Origin: a virus
Direction: 5' to 3' (one strand)
Length of the DNA: 64,000 nt
IMG/VR virus record: IMGVR_UViG_3300013120_000110
Span: 14,710 to 78,709 of that record
Shown: positions 26,501 through 35,209 of the stretch, piece by piece
How positions within the stretch are numbered: position 1 is the stretch's first letter
Layout: each line of letters opens with the position of its first letter
Translations under genes and position numbers: made by a program
The notes under the pieces: model-generated
What the model was told of the DNA's origin: nothing
What the model saw: only the letters and a program-made list of their open reading frames with translations
The model's database searches: none

Positions 26501-28667
26501 TAGCCAGGGTCTTCTCTAACTCATCCCGAGCCTTCCTGATCTCTCGAATCTTCTCTTGCCCATGTGCGGCGCCCAACCCCCAGGAATCACGCTCACCCTT
26601 ACCCTCGGGGAGTGGCTTGCTTATTCGCCCGGTAGGTGGGCGTACCCACGGCTCATCGGGTAACGGGGGTCGGGGTTCCTCTGCCGGTTCCTCTTTAACC
26701 TCTTCCTCAACAGGAGGCTCCGTAACTGCCGGAACACCAGGCTCAGTAGGCGAGGGAGCTTCTTCTTCAACTGGCCCAAATGATACCTCACCCCTCTTTT
26801 CTTTGTAAAGCCAAAGTCTCGGGCCGTGGTGTTGTAAAAGCTCGGCTGTTTCAGGAAAGTTTTGGGCAAACTCTTCGTAACCCCAACCACGCTCTATACC
26901 GGCTTGCATTTGGTTGCCAACCGTATCGCCATCGGCGTCAGGCATTGGCAGGTTTAACAGTTCTATATTGACCCCTGTTTCCGGCAGGTATAATTTTTCT
27001 TCGCCCAAATCTGGTTCGGGGGCACCCTTGCGGGCATCCTCCCAAATCTGCTCAAAGTTTTTGCCTTTAGCTCGCTGGATCGTGGTATATCGCCCCCACG
27101 GGGCGGCCCTATTAGCAGGCGAAGCGTTATATGCTTGTTGAAAAGCGGCTGCTGTGGGGAATTGAGCGACGTGTTCTCGGGGGCTTAGCTCTTTTTCTTC
27201 TTCGCTGGGCTCTGATACTTCCCGAGGCGCTTGTCCGCCCGGAGGAACTTCCGGGCGACCTTCACTGACGGGGGGGACTTCAGGTACTTCGGTTTCCACC
27301 CGTGGGCCCGCGCCCTCATCAACTTGTTCTGCTTCTTGCTTACGCTTGGCATCTTCCCGCTCCTTTATCTTCTGCGCAATCCTTTGTCGCGCTTCTTCTT
27401 CTTTCTCTGCTGGGGTGCGCGGGCCAAGCCTGCGCAGCGGACGGGCAGCCATTCCCGCCGCAGCCGCGCCACCACCCATCACGCCAGTCAAGATCGTAGT
27501 TGGGGCGGCAATCTCCTTGAATGACTTCCATTGGTCGGCGGGGGAAAGCTGACGCCGGGGTGGTTCCTCAGTCATCCCCATACGGTGTTCGGCGCCGACC
27601 TGCCCCGTTTGCGTCACCGTCTCTGTAGCATACTCGCCCCCTAGCGCTTGCGCAAAACCCCTAACGGCACTCGCCGCCACTCGTCTACCGGCCAAGCCCA
27701 TAAAGACCCTGCCTAATCCAGTCATGGTCAGGAGGTTCCCCATCGCCTCGGGCCCAGCTTCCCACAAAGCGTGGCGGGATATTTCGGGCAGGTTCTTTTC
27801 CAGCGCTTCGGCCCGCTCCTCATCTGTTAGCTCACGCCCCAGCGATTGCTCAATGGAGTCAAAGAAGGCCCGAGTGACCATGGCCTTGTCCATCTTGTAG
27901 GCCGCCCGGCCCGACCAGGCTAGCATACCCGCTGCGCCACCAACCTTAGCACCAAGCGGGACGGTTACTGGCGCGGCTGGCCCGCCAGCTAACCCAGCCC
28001 CGGCGCCTGTAATCGCTCCAACCATCAAGCCCTTTAGACCCTCGATCATAGAGACGGTAGAGAAGCCGGTGCTTGCGGCTGTTTGCTCAATATCACCAAC
28101 CATAAGATGGGGCAGCGGGATGGGTCCAAACCTCTCTGGCGTTACGGGCATCTCCCGCTGTTCGTCGGTCAACTGGGCTGCGCGGTAGCGCTCCCGTTCT
28201 TGTGCCGCCTCAACCGCTACATCTGCCGCAGTATGCTGGGCGAGTGGGTCGGGGTCTTCCTTCATGTGGCCCCGGGCACCTAGAGTCTGGATGGGAATGT
28301 CATAGAGTAACCTTCCCATCTGCCTGCCGCCGACCAGCGTACCCTTGGGGGTCCACTTCATTGGCGGGAGAGGTTCGGGCTCTATGATCTGAGGTGGGTG
28401 GGGCAGAGCCCTAACCACTGGAGGCCAGAATGGCACTTGTTCAGCGGGCTCTGGTTTCTCTGTGGGCTTGGCTAGAGGCTTGGCGGGAACCTTGGCGGGT
28501 TTTCTGGGGGGTCGAGGTAGAGCCCGGCCCACATAAGGGGAAACTGGGGGGGCAACTTCAGCGGGAACCTCAGTGGCAAAGTCTTCCCATGACGTACCAG
28601 CCGCCGCTTGTGCTTTAGTAGAGGTTTTCTCTTCCTCTACGGGCGTAGCGTAGTCTTGCCAACTCAT
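20559..28667 (-). CDS. giant internal virion / ejection polyvalent protein with zincin domain and LPD38-like C-terminus
   Basis: 2702 aa; Gly/Ala-rich membrane-like N-terminal part; LAHEIGH plus distal ELYAE; WNPGF..AN..RD and IPKDE.G in the C-terminal part. Confidence 0.75.
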   Translation of the reverse strand: MSWQDYATPVEEEKTSTKAQAAAGTSWEDFATEVPAEVAPPVSPYVGRALPRPPRKPAKVPAKPLAKPTEKPEPAEQVPFWPPVVRALPHPPQIIEPEPLPPMKWTPKGTLVGGRQMGRLLYDIPIQTLGARGHMKEDPDPLAQHTAADVAVEAAQERERYRAAQLTDEQREMPVTPERFGPIPLPHLMVGDIEQTAASTGFSTVSMIEGLKGLMVGAITGAGAGLAGGPAAPVTVPLGAKVGGAAGMLAWSGRAAYKMDKAMVTRAFFDSIEQSLGRELTDEERAEALEKNLPEISRHALWEAGPEAMGNLLTMTGLGRVFMGLAGRRVAASAVRGFAQALGGEYATETVTQTGQVGAEHRMGMTEEPPRRQLSPADQWKSFKEIAAPTTILTGVMGGGAAAAGMAARPLRRLGPRTPAEKEEEARQRIAQKIKEREDAKRKQEAEQVDEGAGPRVETEVPEVPPVSEGRPEVPPGGQAPREVSEPSEEEKELSPREHVAQFPTAAAFQQAYNASPANRAAPWGRYTTIQRAKGKNFEQIWEDARKGAPEPDLGEEKLYLPETGVNIELLNLPMPDADGDTVGNQMQAGIERGWGYEEFAQNFPETAELLQHHGPRLWLYKEKRGEVSFGPVEEEAPSPTEPGVPAVTEPPVEEEVKEEPAEEPRPPLPDEPWVRPPTGRISKPLPEGKGERDSWGLGAAHGQEKIREIRKARDELEKTLAKTRRNAHKKRRNLQAEITEKNRAIRDIEKEQEPYKRRLDLAIIEDKMEAAPTEAHWLPWAYEREGRLAIREGTSDSKAREHTANQTRYSQRLQDIIAKQVEAQYGHLLNEDELRSTAERVYFDWGHPSETQTLASSIKGNAEMYMGARSQVHLSRLQNLRALSDEDRAGFKKRLEAVRRNKDWFQRSDEIIAEATKVNDVAKAVAEKELEAEREKQKAKRAVSEKEEAQAKRKHRKALVAENRFWDSVNEKAKKIKGKEEEVELEVSVPTGKNDAEGNPLTRTVKKWLSYEPLPGGIWAIRENWKGGDPKNHKVDAKGNDIPRYSLIHIGVNEYFARSGVPAKLRQLVVLLDELGADLPPVTNAKEFPAEASKRARVAVDVWEDGSLKWVDDKLGAGTEGKLLYPHTGAAPTPTKADIILDSGDFAAPLLGNMTRAKNTIAWLAEEVAEFAYDPVFTVHEGELEVHGVVADRYGGTDQRYEVFGLRLVYRDGYKFSFAPELFGLHPGELKPGMTVGVNLEDMGIKRKAPRDVVKTKLEQAGFVVKKTAKGLNAVWGPGPPIPPPPTAKKGAKAKPGPAKANPITVTGQDTEWGAEEKKTGLPSKLADAQAAINGIRWVQPPAPTEPTAAPPGTGGGGGVEGQRIPEGAVGGFPPDYKPEPGPEAPRDAYDQAPDETTPKVERVRMQPLPGPELIRLIKELLGKVPQVKKLQSYLGFFDPQPTKAFARMVINAISAREEGLLAKVLAHEIGHLVDWLGIKSMNRGNILGRIASLAEFGEAWIAGYPGGPQPLTEEERNRLKKEAKRLSQKGVEIEIEEEIVQRFGITPEDVLAIWNSVEGGVHNPDLLRYIKQLSAVEKLSIVKEAMRGVVADELQQFTREVREKTGRTIKQVVEEDATAEQIHRKYQEMLRDEIEKRMLLTAENIRDELLKLTMWWTPYDPATSTQRYIKYRREGKELYAEALSVFFNAPGELAQRAPEFYRGFQAWLNEKPEFLDAFLKIQDVLNQPEDARAVARRASLRGGHLAGDEKLEAIRAEEEERKRNIFAQIRHILSQYFLRSKMPLYNLIEKTLDEDPENKLALAAYYTLSELSYTDNPQAEFLSRMHAEVQEPLYKEGITRDDIGEFLYLRRITDREGNIVAYPHGFTPETAAEQLESLRRKLGDRKFDLLEDHMQRFHDLVFGIVESAVEAGVYSRELFENVIVPNKDNYAAFAVVQYLETRISPMIQEQVGTFKPTANVYDSTVMKMMSLVRLVDLNRGKNATREFMLQHWPESIKSVPVPRGNPQLLRRPPDGKDYLVILEDGKHKAYLVAEEIADGFRSFDIGRIAFVGRLLSNPLYGVFHRLFVSWNPGFLAANPMRDLRRTYYNLGAVSEQWESKMERELLKKGYSKEDARKHSRAQVITLGEVLSSYWKAKSVAARRAAGIDDATIDEMFHSRALSIPFVEVESHMRGGEAQRLMRRFGIGTFETAKKRSVPILGKVLRGMEWMGNVQETAGKVSAWQMITKRQEAAKKLGIELISDPEKAFVVREYAGTPNFKERGLWTPITNSLFMYSNVRWQGLVADLRLARKSGTRSGWWFRRLWTDIASTTISKAFKYGAPATGINAILASIFGGGDDLEEEARNQESILGWIGTYFFRNYDVVPLGQVKTPLGLKTVFFTIPKDEMGQLISGVWSAFLDAALELGGVETRAGSPQGALAEAADTLYDGLVPNLSPPLLIAQKWAEFFCGRNPRDNFYGADIVPKTEWEHGGWQSTKKMMAWTEGQFGSAGQLTHILTAPLWGRSFEAGEETLVERIVNLPVGWNRYVRVSNRGLTEDDWAEIQANKAEAARFKLGLPDSARYLTKEHYRKSNLDAADAGDRELLENLLLKEWYNKSYLPLTKKIRLAIEKEEPGYEAEFRAGLAEDSEWAANALMNLKQLPMGLSGEIPDAVTANLAVDKKLRSVMRRGAMTANTRAKDQEEKERARTMAGFVREIFP

Positions 28668-30253
28668 TTGGAAGTTTTACCCTTCTTTTTCTTTGGGCCC
28701 TTTGCTTTATAAATCTTCCCATCTGGGCCCAAGAACTTGGTGCCCTTGGGGTAGTTGGCAATCACTTCCTCGAACTCAGGGGAATCCACGGCATAACCGC
28801 TTATCGTATCAACCCCATCGACATACCGATCAGGGTGAGTGGGTTTCTTGAATTGAGAGGGCCACTTCCACTTGCCCTCTTCATTTTGAGTTGGCTCGAC
28901 ACCTGCCTCGTAAGCGGCGCGATAATCGTAGTGGTGCGCCGGATCGTCTGGATCGAGGTTCAAGCCCATAATCTGTGCCCGGCGAGCATACCAGTTCTCA
29001 AACTTATTCTCCATTCGCCCCAGCGGCGACTCAACCTCTGCTTCTGGCAGCATAGCGTTACCGGGCTGTTGTGATAGCGCCCAGCGCATAAGCTGGGTAA
29101 ACGCCCCGTAATCCCCAAGCGGCTTGCCGTCCCTCATCCACTCCACGCGGGTCGGGATGTTGTCACCACGGGCTATGGCGGCATGGACTTGCCCAACCCA
29201 CTTGTTGAGTGCTACTAGGTCTGTCCCGAGCTTGCCGTGCGCGGCGGCGGGGAACGGCACCTGACCAGGCTCCCAATCAACCGGGACCTCTGGCCTAGCC
29301 CCCCGACCTTTTTTGCGTCGAAGTTGTTCCGCCCGGCCATCTGGGTTGTCGGGAAGCTCGCCGTCAGGCACACCAATAAACCTAGATTTCGTATACTTGA
29401 GGTATTCGGGCACTCTGTGAAGATTCTCATGGCGCTCGACATACGCCATAGCAGCCTCGTGTAACGCATTTTGATTGGGCGCGAACTCTGTTGCACCCAA
29501 GCCTTCTGTCTTATGCGCCTTTGCTGCCGCACTTAACGCTTCACTGTAACCCTTGTCGTACAAAGCACTTATCCGCTCTCTCTCAACCTGGGCGGGCCTC
29601 TGCTTTGCTTCTGTTTCCTTAACGGCAGCTTCCCTCATCTTGAGTTGATGGGCCTCGGCTTTCTGTTCCATTTGCTGTTCGGCCTGCCTGTACCGAATAT
29701 GATCTTGGGGTTTCTGTCCGAGCCGATGGCCGGGGTGTCCAACCGCCATACCAGCAATCACCGCTTCCTGTAGGCTGGGGGCAGGTAGCTGATCTTCACC
29801 ACCCGCTTGATCTTGCCCGTCCTGTTCAGCACGCATGTAATCCAGGTTGTTGTTGGGTGCGTTGCGATCCGGCGCCCATTGCCGGAGCTTGGGATTGAAC
29901 ACCCAGGTTGTACCTGGAGCACCCCACTCGCCCTGTTGGTCAAGGAAGGCTTGGCGCCCAATCTGCGCAGGTGGAGATAGTGGCACCTCATCAAGTGGAA
30001 CGGGAAGGGGAGTGATCCGCTCACGCTCTGTATCCAGGTTTGCTAGCTCCCGTTCTCGGACGAAATCAGGCACATCCCCTGACTGGAGCCACGCTGCAAC
30101 CTGAGCATTGCGAGCCAAGGCTTGCTTCTGCATGGGGGTATATCGCACTCGCCCTGCCCTGAGTTCCGCACTCATATCTGCAACGGGTTGCTGGCCCCCA
30201 TAAAGTTCGTCTGGAGAAAGGTAGCTCCCCATGACTGGATCAAGAACGTCCAT
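28664..30253 (-). CDS. internal virion / ejection protein
   Basis: helical, Q/E-rich; HYDYRAAY..G...WPSQFK..HP module; terminal GTKF.GPDG motif; position. Confidence 0.6.
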   Translation of the reverse strand: MDVLDPVMGSYLSPDELYGGQQPVADMSAELRAGRVRYTPMQKQALARNAQVAAWLQSGDVPDFVRERELANLDTERERITPLPVPLDEVPLSPPAQIGRQAFLDQQGEWGAPGTTWVFNPKLRQWAPDRNAPNNNLDYMRAEQDGQDQAGGEDQLPAPSLQEAVIAGMAVGHPGHRLGQKPQDHIRYRQAEQQMEQKAEAHQLKMREAAVKETEAKQRPAQVERERISALYDKGYSEALSAAAKAHKTEGLGATEFAPNQNALHEAAMAYVERHENLHRVPEYLKYTKSRFIGVPDGELPDNPDGRAEQLRRKKGRGARPEVPVDWEPGQVPFPAAAHGKLGTDLVALNKWVGQVHAAIARGDNIPTRVEWMRDGKPLGDYGAFTQLMRWALSQQPGNAMLPEAEVESPLGRMENKFENWYARRAQIMGLNLDPDDPAHHYDYRAAYEAGVEPTQNEEGKWKWPSQFKKPTHPDRYVDGVDTISGYAVDSPEFEEVIANYPKGTKFLGPDGKIYKAKGPKKKKGKTSK

Positions 30254-30272
30254 CTCATTTCTCCACTAAATG

Positions 30273-31457
30273 TTACAGCGGCAAGTTTCTGAATGGTTGG
30301 GCTCGCCTATTAGCGTCCGCAAGCCGCATTTGGTTACTGAAAGCACTAGCATACATCGCCTGGGTTGGGTTCATGCCAGAGCGGTAGCCTAACCTACGGC
30401 GCCGAGCAGCACCGCGAGCGTAAGCGTTAGAACGTACCATCCAGTCCCTATATTCACGTGGCATCAACCGGGGTCGCTGGCTCTCTCGGTAGGCCAGGTT
30501 GCTCTCAACCCGTTCATCATAGTCGGGGTTGGTTGCACGGGCAATTCGGAGAGCTTCAGTCGGGCTAATCTCACTCAGGTTCCGCCCACCAAGCATGTTG
30601 GCATAGTCCTCGTGGCTAGTGTCGATAAGACCCCGCTGGATCAAGTCGTTGGCATAGCGAGTGTTCCGGTCTGCGGTTTGCTCTGGCGTTAGAGTAGTCC
30701 CCCTCCACCCAAGCCTGGGCTTTGTGGGTTGTCCCGCTGCCGCTCGTATTTCGTTTTCAATCTTGTAGTCTAAATACTTCGAGGGAGTCATTTGCTGTGT
30801 AACACCAGGCTCATCGCCAGCAAGGCTAGCATACCCGCCAAGAGGCTTCGCGTAATACGCACTCATATTCGCCCGCCGCTGTGCCTCTACCTGAGCCTTT
30901 ATGTCTTCCGCTTCTCTGGCATCCCTAGCGGCTTGCCAAGCGTCAACACTAGAATAACCTGCCTGCCTTGATGCGATAATATCATCCACAGAGCGCCGCG
31001 TTTGCCACTGTTGTTGCGCGCCGCTGGGCTGACCTGACCGCGCATACCAATCCTCTAGCCCAGCCTGTTGCCGTAATCCCACTGGGTTGGCTTGATTGGC
31101 GGCATACCGCCTTCTGAACTGACCCCCGGTTCGGCTGAAGTCAAAACCTTGCGTTACGTTATAGGGAGAGGCGTAGCCTCTAGTGGAGGCTGGGGGTAGC
31201 CCGTGCGCCGTAACTCCAGCCATGTAGCCTGGTTGGAACATGGGCGACCTGCCGCCATACGGACTGGTCATCGAGCGGGGCGGAAGTGGCCCATAACCCA
31301 GTTGCAAGTCTGGTGACGGAGCGCTAGGTTGCGCAGCCGGAGTGGTGGGCTCGAACCCGGGGGTAAACCCGCCGCCACGGTTGGCCTGCACCGCTCGATC
31401 TAGCCAGCCGGGTTCCATATCCCATTGCGTAGTGTTATATCCTGGGTATCTAGCCAT
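30273..31457 (-). CDS. putative internal virion protein
   Basis: low-complexity Q/R/G/Y-rich; upstream of the ejection genes. Confidence 0.55.
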   Translation of the reverse strand: MARYPGYNTTQWDMEPGWLDRAVQANRGGGFTPGFEPTTPAAQPSAPSPDLQLGYGPLPPRSMTSPYGGRSPMFQPGYMAGVTAHGLPPASTRGYASPYNVTQGFDFSRTGGQFRRRYAANQANPVGLRQQAGLEDWYARSGQPSGAQQQWQTRRSVDDIIASRQAGYSSVDAWQAARDAREAEDIKAQVEAQRRANMSAYYAKPLGGYASLAGDEPGVTQQMTPSKYLDYKIENEIRAAAGQPTKPRLGWRGTTLTPEQTADRNTRYANDLIQRGLIDTSHEDYANMLGGRNLSEISPTEALRIARATNPDYDERVESNLAYRESQRPRLMPREYRDWMVRSNAYARGAARRRRLGYRSGMNPTQAMYASAFSNQMRLADANRRAQPFRNLPL

Positions 31458-31469
31458 CGCTATTCTCCT

Positions 31470-31787
31470 TTACCACTTCCACTGAGGGCATTGTTTAATA
31501 CCCTCTCGAATCCTGTTTATTATTTGCCGTCGTATCTTTCGCCTTCGCCCAACCGTCTTGAGGCATACTCCATCATCGTATTGCTCACAGGGGCGGCATA
31601 AGCTCTGTTCGATCCAATCTGATTCGTCTTTATCGCGTGGACCACAAGGGGTCTGATCCACACCACTTTGTCTATCACAAACCCGTTCTGGAGGTTTTAC
31701 CTCTCTGGTCCTCCAGTGGCAGTTCATACATAACCAACCACCACCACAGCGGGGCAACAACTCGCATAGTCGCTTAGGATGAGACAT
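31470..31787 (-). CDS. Cys-rich small protein
   Basis: 10 Cys, C-terminal CPQWKW. Confidence 0.6.
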   Translation of the reverse strand: MSHPKRLCELLPRCGGGWLCMNCHWRTREVKPPERVCDRQSGVDQTPCGPRDKDESDWIEQSLCRPCEQYDDGVCLKTVGRRRKIRRQIINRIREGIKQCPQWKW

Positions 31788-32349
31788 GAAATGTCGCGTT
31801 AGAGAGAACGCACTCGGTTTCCTCGTACTCTATACAAGCGGAATCAGTCAGTTCGTTCCAAATGGTTAGCGTATCATCAAAGTTAAAGCAGTCAGGCTTG
31901 CTCGTTCCCAAGTCTTTCTCCCAAACCCAATGAGCGCCGAATGTACCTAAAAACCTACCGCCCACACCACCTATCAGCCAATAATTTGTGTTTGCTGGAG
32001 GTTCTATTCCTAACACAACCCAAATATGAGCCTCGTAGGTAACAGCATAACAGACCCAATCACCTAGCGATTTAGTCCAAACGCAAATCGAGGATGAACC
32101 CGTAAGGGCCCGCAGACAATTACCGCCCCAAGCATAACCAATTCCCGAAAGGGTGTGTGTGCCATTCCAATCAGTACAATTACAGTTCGCCCCATCCTGA
32201 GCCCCGCTTAGTGTTACCTCGATTTCCTCGGGCCCCGTGCCACCATCACAGTTCTCACAGTTCCCTATGCCACAGCAACAGTCCGCGTGCATTGCAACAA
32301 CGCTACTGTCGAACAGCACCACGTTGTCCCAGAACTGAACTGTACCCAT
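31774..32349 (-). CDS. Cys-rich putative tail-tip/fibre protein
   Basis: DCCCG..C..C, CNC and further Cys; tail-module position. Confidence 0.55.
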   Translation of the reverse strand: MGTVQFWDNVVLFDSSVVAMHADCCCGIGNCENCDGGTGPEEIEVTLSGAQDGANCNCTDWNGTHTLSGIGYAWGGNCLRALTGSSSICVWTKSLGDWVCYAVTYEAHIWVVLGIEPPANTNYWLIGGVGGRFLGTFGAHWVWEKDLGTSKPDCFNFDDTLTIWNELTDSACIEYEETECVLSNATFHVSS

Positions 32350-32350
32350 G

Positions 32351-33070
32351 TTAGCAGGCTGTCCCTGTGTGCCAATCGGCCCATTCGAGCGCTACACCGT
32401 CGTCTATGTTCATCCTAAACGTCTGCCAGTGTTGATAGAATGTGAGGTTTTCTACCTTTTGGTTAATGTCAACCTGCTTGGCAACCATTTCTTGAACCAG
32501 TATATCCCAACCATCACCGTTGCGGGCTATGATACAGTTCCGATTGTCTGGGAGATACCAGTTGGCCGGATTACCCGCACTCAGCGCACCAGTCCCATCA
32601 GTAATCGGAGTTTGCCCATCGCACATAATCTCTATGTTATCTACCGATCCACCGGCTGTGCTGGTAATTGCCCCCTTGGCCTTCGCCTTAGCCAAGAGAG
32701 CTATCTCATGTATATCAAGGATCATAAACAGGTTAGAGTGTATCCGCACACAAGACCCAAACGCACCATCCGTACCACTATAATCATCCCTGCCGATACT
32801 TCTCCGGTTTCCAGTTGCGTCGTAAACCGTGAAGGTGTTAGCATCAAGGTCAGTTGTGAACCCCTGGGTGGCGCGATCATATATCCTCGGGTAAGCTGTT
32901 GCCTTGTAATCCCCTGGGTCTAGTGAGGTCTTTAGCTCAAAAGGAAACGCAGCCGGCGGCACGTTCTGCTCCTTGTTCCGCTTCACTAAATGAATTAGCG
33001 CGTTCCAGTCATCGGCTAGAATCGGGTCGCCTGGATTTTTGTTACTCAGATGATCCATTAGGGATACCAA
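32351..33070 (-). CDS. putative tail protein
   Basis: PGDPI.ADDWNAL N-terminus typical of tail/baseplate proteins. Confidence 0.55.
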   Translation of the reverse strand: MVSLMDHLSNKNPGDPILADDWNALIHLVKRNKEQNVPPAAFPFELKTSLDPGDYKATAYPRIYDRATQGFTTDLDANTFTVYDATGNRRSIGRDDYSGTDGAFGSCVRIHSNLFMILDIHEIALLAKAKAKGAITSTAGGSVDNIEIMCDGQTPITDGTGALSAGNPANWYLPDNRNCIIARNGDGWDILVQEMVAKQVDINQKVENLTFYQHWQTFRMNIDDGVALEWADWHTGTAC

Positions 33071-33813
33071 TCGGCAGGGTACAAAATAAACTCATCACCA
33101 TCTGCGTTGTAAAGCGATTCCCAGGCAGCATTGGCCCCGTGCCAAAACTTATTCCAGCCGAAAGGATTGATTGGGAACTCGTATTTAATCGTGTACTGCG
33201 TACCACTTTCGTAATCAGAGTGAGCGATTATCATTGGGGTAGAGTACAAAACAGTCTGCGGGGGCCATGTATATCCGATAGTCCAGTCTGATACGGGCGT
33301 AGCATTGCACATCTTCATGTAGGCCATCGGAAGTAATGGAGCCTGATTGAGCCGCCCCAAGGTTAGGCTGTACTTGCTGCCCATGACCTCTACGCCGTTC
33401 ATAGCTTCCTCGCGCGCAATCGGCGTATCATCGCTCCAATACAACTCCGTAGAGAACGGCCTGAGCCTGTGTGTCTCGGGGATGTATTTTTCCTCTATGT
33501 AGTTATCGCTAACCCACCTCGGACCCCAGGTGTCGTAAAACAGCTTCAGCACACAGCGGGTATAGGAGCTTTTGATAGCCGAGCCGCCGATTGGCCCACG
33601 GCTGACGGGTTTGATCCCACGCACAAAAGCCTCTGGGGGGCCGTCGTCATGCGGATAGCCAGCCCCGGCAACCGACAAGAAGAAGGTAATTAGTTCAGCG
33701 CGATCCGACCACGCACACTCCACAAAGCGGGTGGCGCGAAAGTGGCGCTCGGTGTTACGCTCATACCATTCGCCAACAGGGGATGGGGATACTTCTGTGT
33801 ATGGTGGTGCCAT
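33058..33813 (-). CDS. putative tail protein
   Basis: beta-rich; position in module. Confidence 0.5.
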   Translation of the reverse strand: MAPPYTEVSPSPVGEWYERNTERHFRATRFVECAWSDRAELITFFLSVAGAGYPHDDGPPEAFVRGIKPVSRGPIGGSAIKSSYTRCVLKLFYDTWGPRWVSDNYIEEKYIPETHRLRPFSTELYWSDDTPIAREEAMNGVEVMGSKYSLTLGRLNQAPLLPMAYMKMCNATPVSDWTIGYTWPPQTVLYSTPMIIAHSDYESGTQYTIKYEFPINPFGWNKFWHGANAAWESLYNADGDEFILYPADWYP

Positions 33814-33816
33814 GGA

Positions 33817-34320
33817 CTATCCAAATACTGCTGGGGCATCCTCGCGTTCGTGGATTTCCTTTACTAATTCAAGCACTTCATCCAGCTTAATTTTAAGTTG
33901 CTCAAGTTTTTCCTCTATCTCTTTTCTTTCTTCGTCCTCTTTATCCTCTCCAGGCTCTTGTGATGGTATCGGGGGCTCTTCACCCATCCCCCCATCGTCT
34001 TGCTCGGGCTCCTCTCGCTCAATACTGCTTTCCTCGCCAGTGAAGCGATACGTTCGTGTCTTAGGCGGGCGATACGGCCCGCGCCGCATCCCAGCCCACA
34101 TCGCCTGCTGCTCTTCAACTGAGACGGTTCGGGGTTCAGCCTGGGTGGGCTGTTCCTCCAAAGGTTTAGGAAGTGGAAGCTGTTCCTCTTCCTTCTGTTC
34201 CTCCTTCTGATCCTCACCCTTCTCCCCGGGCTCCTCTATCGGAGGCAAGGGGGGGTGCTCAAACTCATCCTTTGGAATCTCAGGAAACGCCTCTTCATGT
34301 GGTCGTTCATCGTCGGGCAT
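33817..34320 (-). CDS. acidic Pro/Glu-rich protein with C-terminal coiled coil
   Basis: composition; AGGAG RBS. Confidence 0.55.
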   Translation of the reverse strand: MPDDERPHEEAFPEIPKDEFEHPPLPPIEEPGEKGEDQKEEQKEEEQLPLPKPLEEQPTQAEPRTVSVEEQQAMWAGMRRGPYRPPKTRTYRFTGEESSIEREEPEQDDGGMGEEPPIPSQEPGEDKEDEERKEIEEKLEQLKIKLDEVLELVKEIHEREDAPAVFG

Positions 34321-34332
34321 CGCCTACTCCTA

Positions 34333-35199
34333 CTAGGTCGGCCAGAGCGTACTCAGCGCAGGGTTGACAATCGCACCCTTGACGGGCGTAGCCGTATCAT
34401 CAAAACCAGAGAAGGCCGCTTGCAGTCGGGCAGTAACATAGTTTGGTCTGCCCGCCCCAGCGTCTATTGGGTAGAAGGTTGGCCTGCGCAACAACTTCAT
34501 CCACTTAATATCCCAGTAAGTGCTTGCAGTCACGTAGGGTTGGTATTGCTTGAAGATCGAGCCCGCGTCGAGCATATTGGTAAGCTGATCTTTGTCATCA
34601 AAATACTGGGTCCAGGCCAATGTTGCCTCCCAGTTACCGGAGTCTCGGCGCGGCCAACCTAGATATTCCGAAGGCCAAATGGGCGGAGGCATTTTCATGG
34701 GGAAATCAAGCACCCAATCCTCAACACCATTTACCGCATTACCACCGATCTTAAAGGTCATGCCGGAACTGATCGGCGGCGCAGCGGCCAAACTGGTTGC
34801 GGCACTTTTATCAGTGTCATCAGAACCCGCGAGCGATCCAGAACCGGCAAAGTACAACTGATAGTAGAACATTTTATTCCGCTTCGGCTGACAAAAGATT
34901 CTGGTGCGAGTACAGATGCAACTCGAATCATGGTCTACAGCCGTCGGGTCAGAGCTTATCCAGCCCTTTTTGTTCCGGTCATTGCCGTAGAAGCGAAACT
35001 TATCGCCAGGCATGTGGGGCGGGGTAGCCCCGATTCCCACGGCCACACCAACCCAATCCTTATTGGAATCAGCACGCACAACAGCACCATCAGCGCTAGA
35101 GCAACTAAGTGCATTGTCAGCGGCCCGCGTCTCTATCATAAACCGCCCAATACAGGAAATGCCCTCGATGTGGGCCTTAGCGGCTGTAATGTATGTCAT
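34333..35199 (-). CDS. putative tail tube-like protein
   Basis: follows the tail-completion gene; beta-rich, apparently two-domain. Confidence 0.45.
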   Translation of the reverse strand: MTYITAAKAHIEGISCIGRFMIETRAADNALSCSSADGAVVRADSNKDWVGVAVGIGATPPHMPGDKFRFYGNDRNKKGWISSDPTAVDHDSSCICTRTRIFCQPKRNKMFYYQLYFAGSGSLAGSDDTDKSAATSLAAAPPISSGMTFKIGGNAVNGVEDWVLDFPMKMPPPIWPSEYLGWPRRDSGNWEATLAWTQYFDDKDQLTNMLDAGSIFKQYQPYVTASTYWDIKWMKLLRRPTFYPIDAGAGRPNYVTARLQAAFSGFDDTATPVKGAIVNPALSTLWPT

Positions 35200-35209
35200 C
35201 GCAATACTC

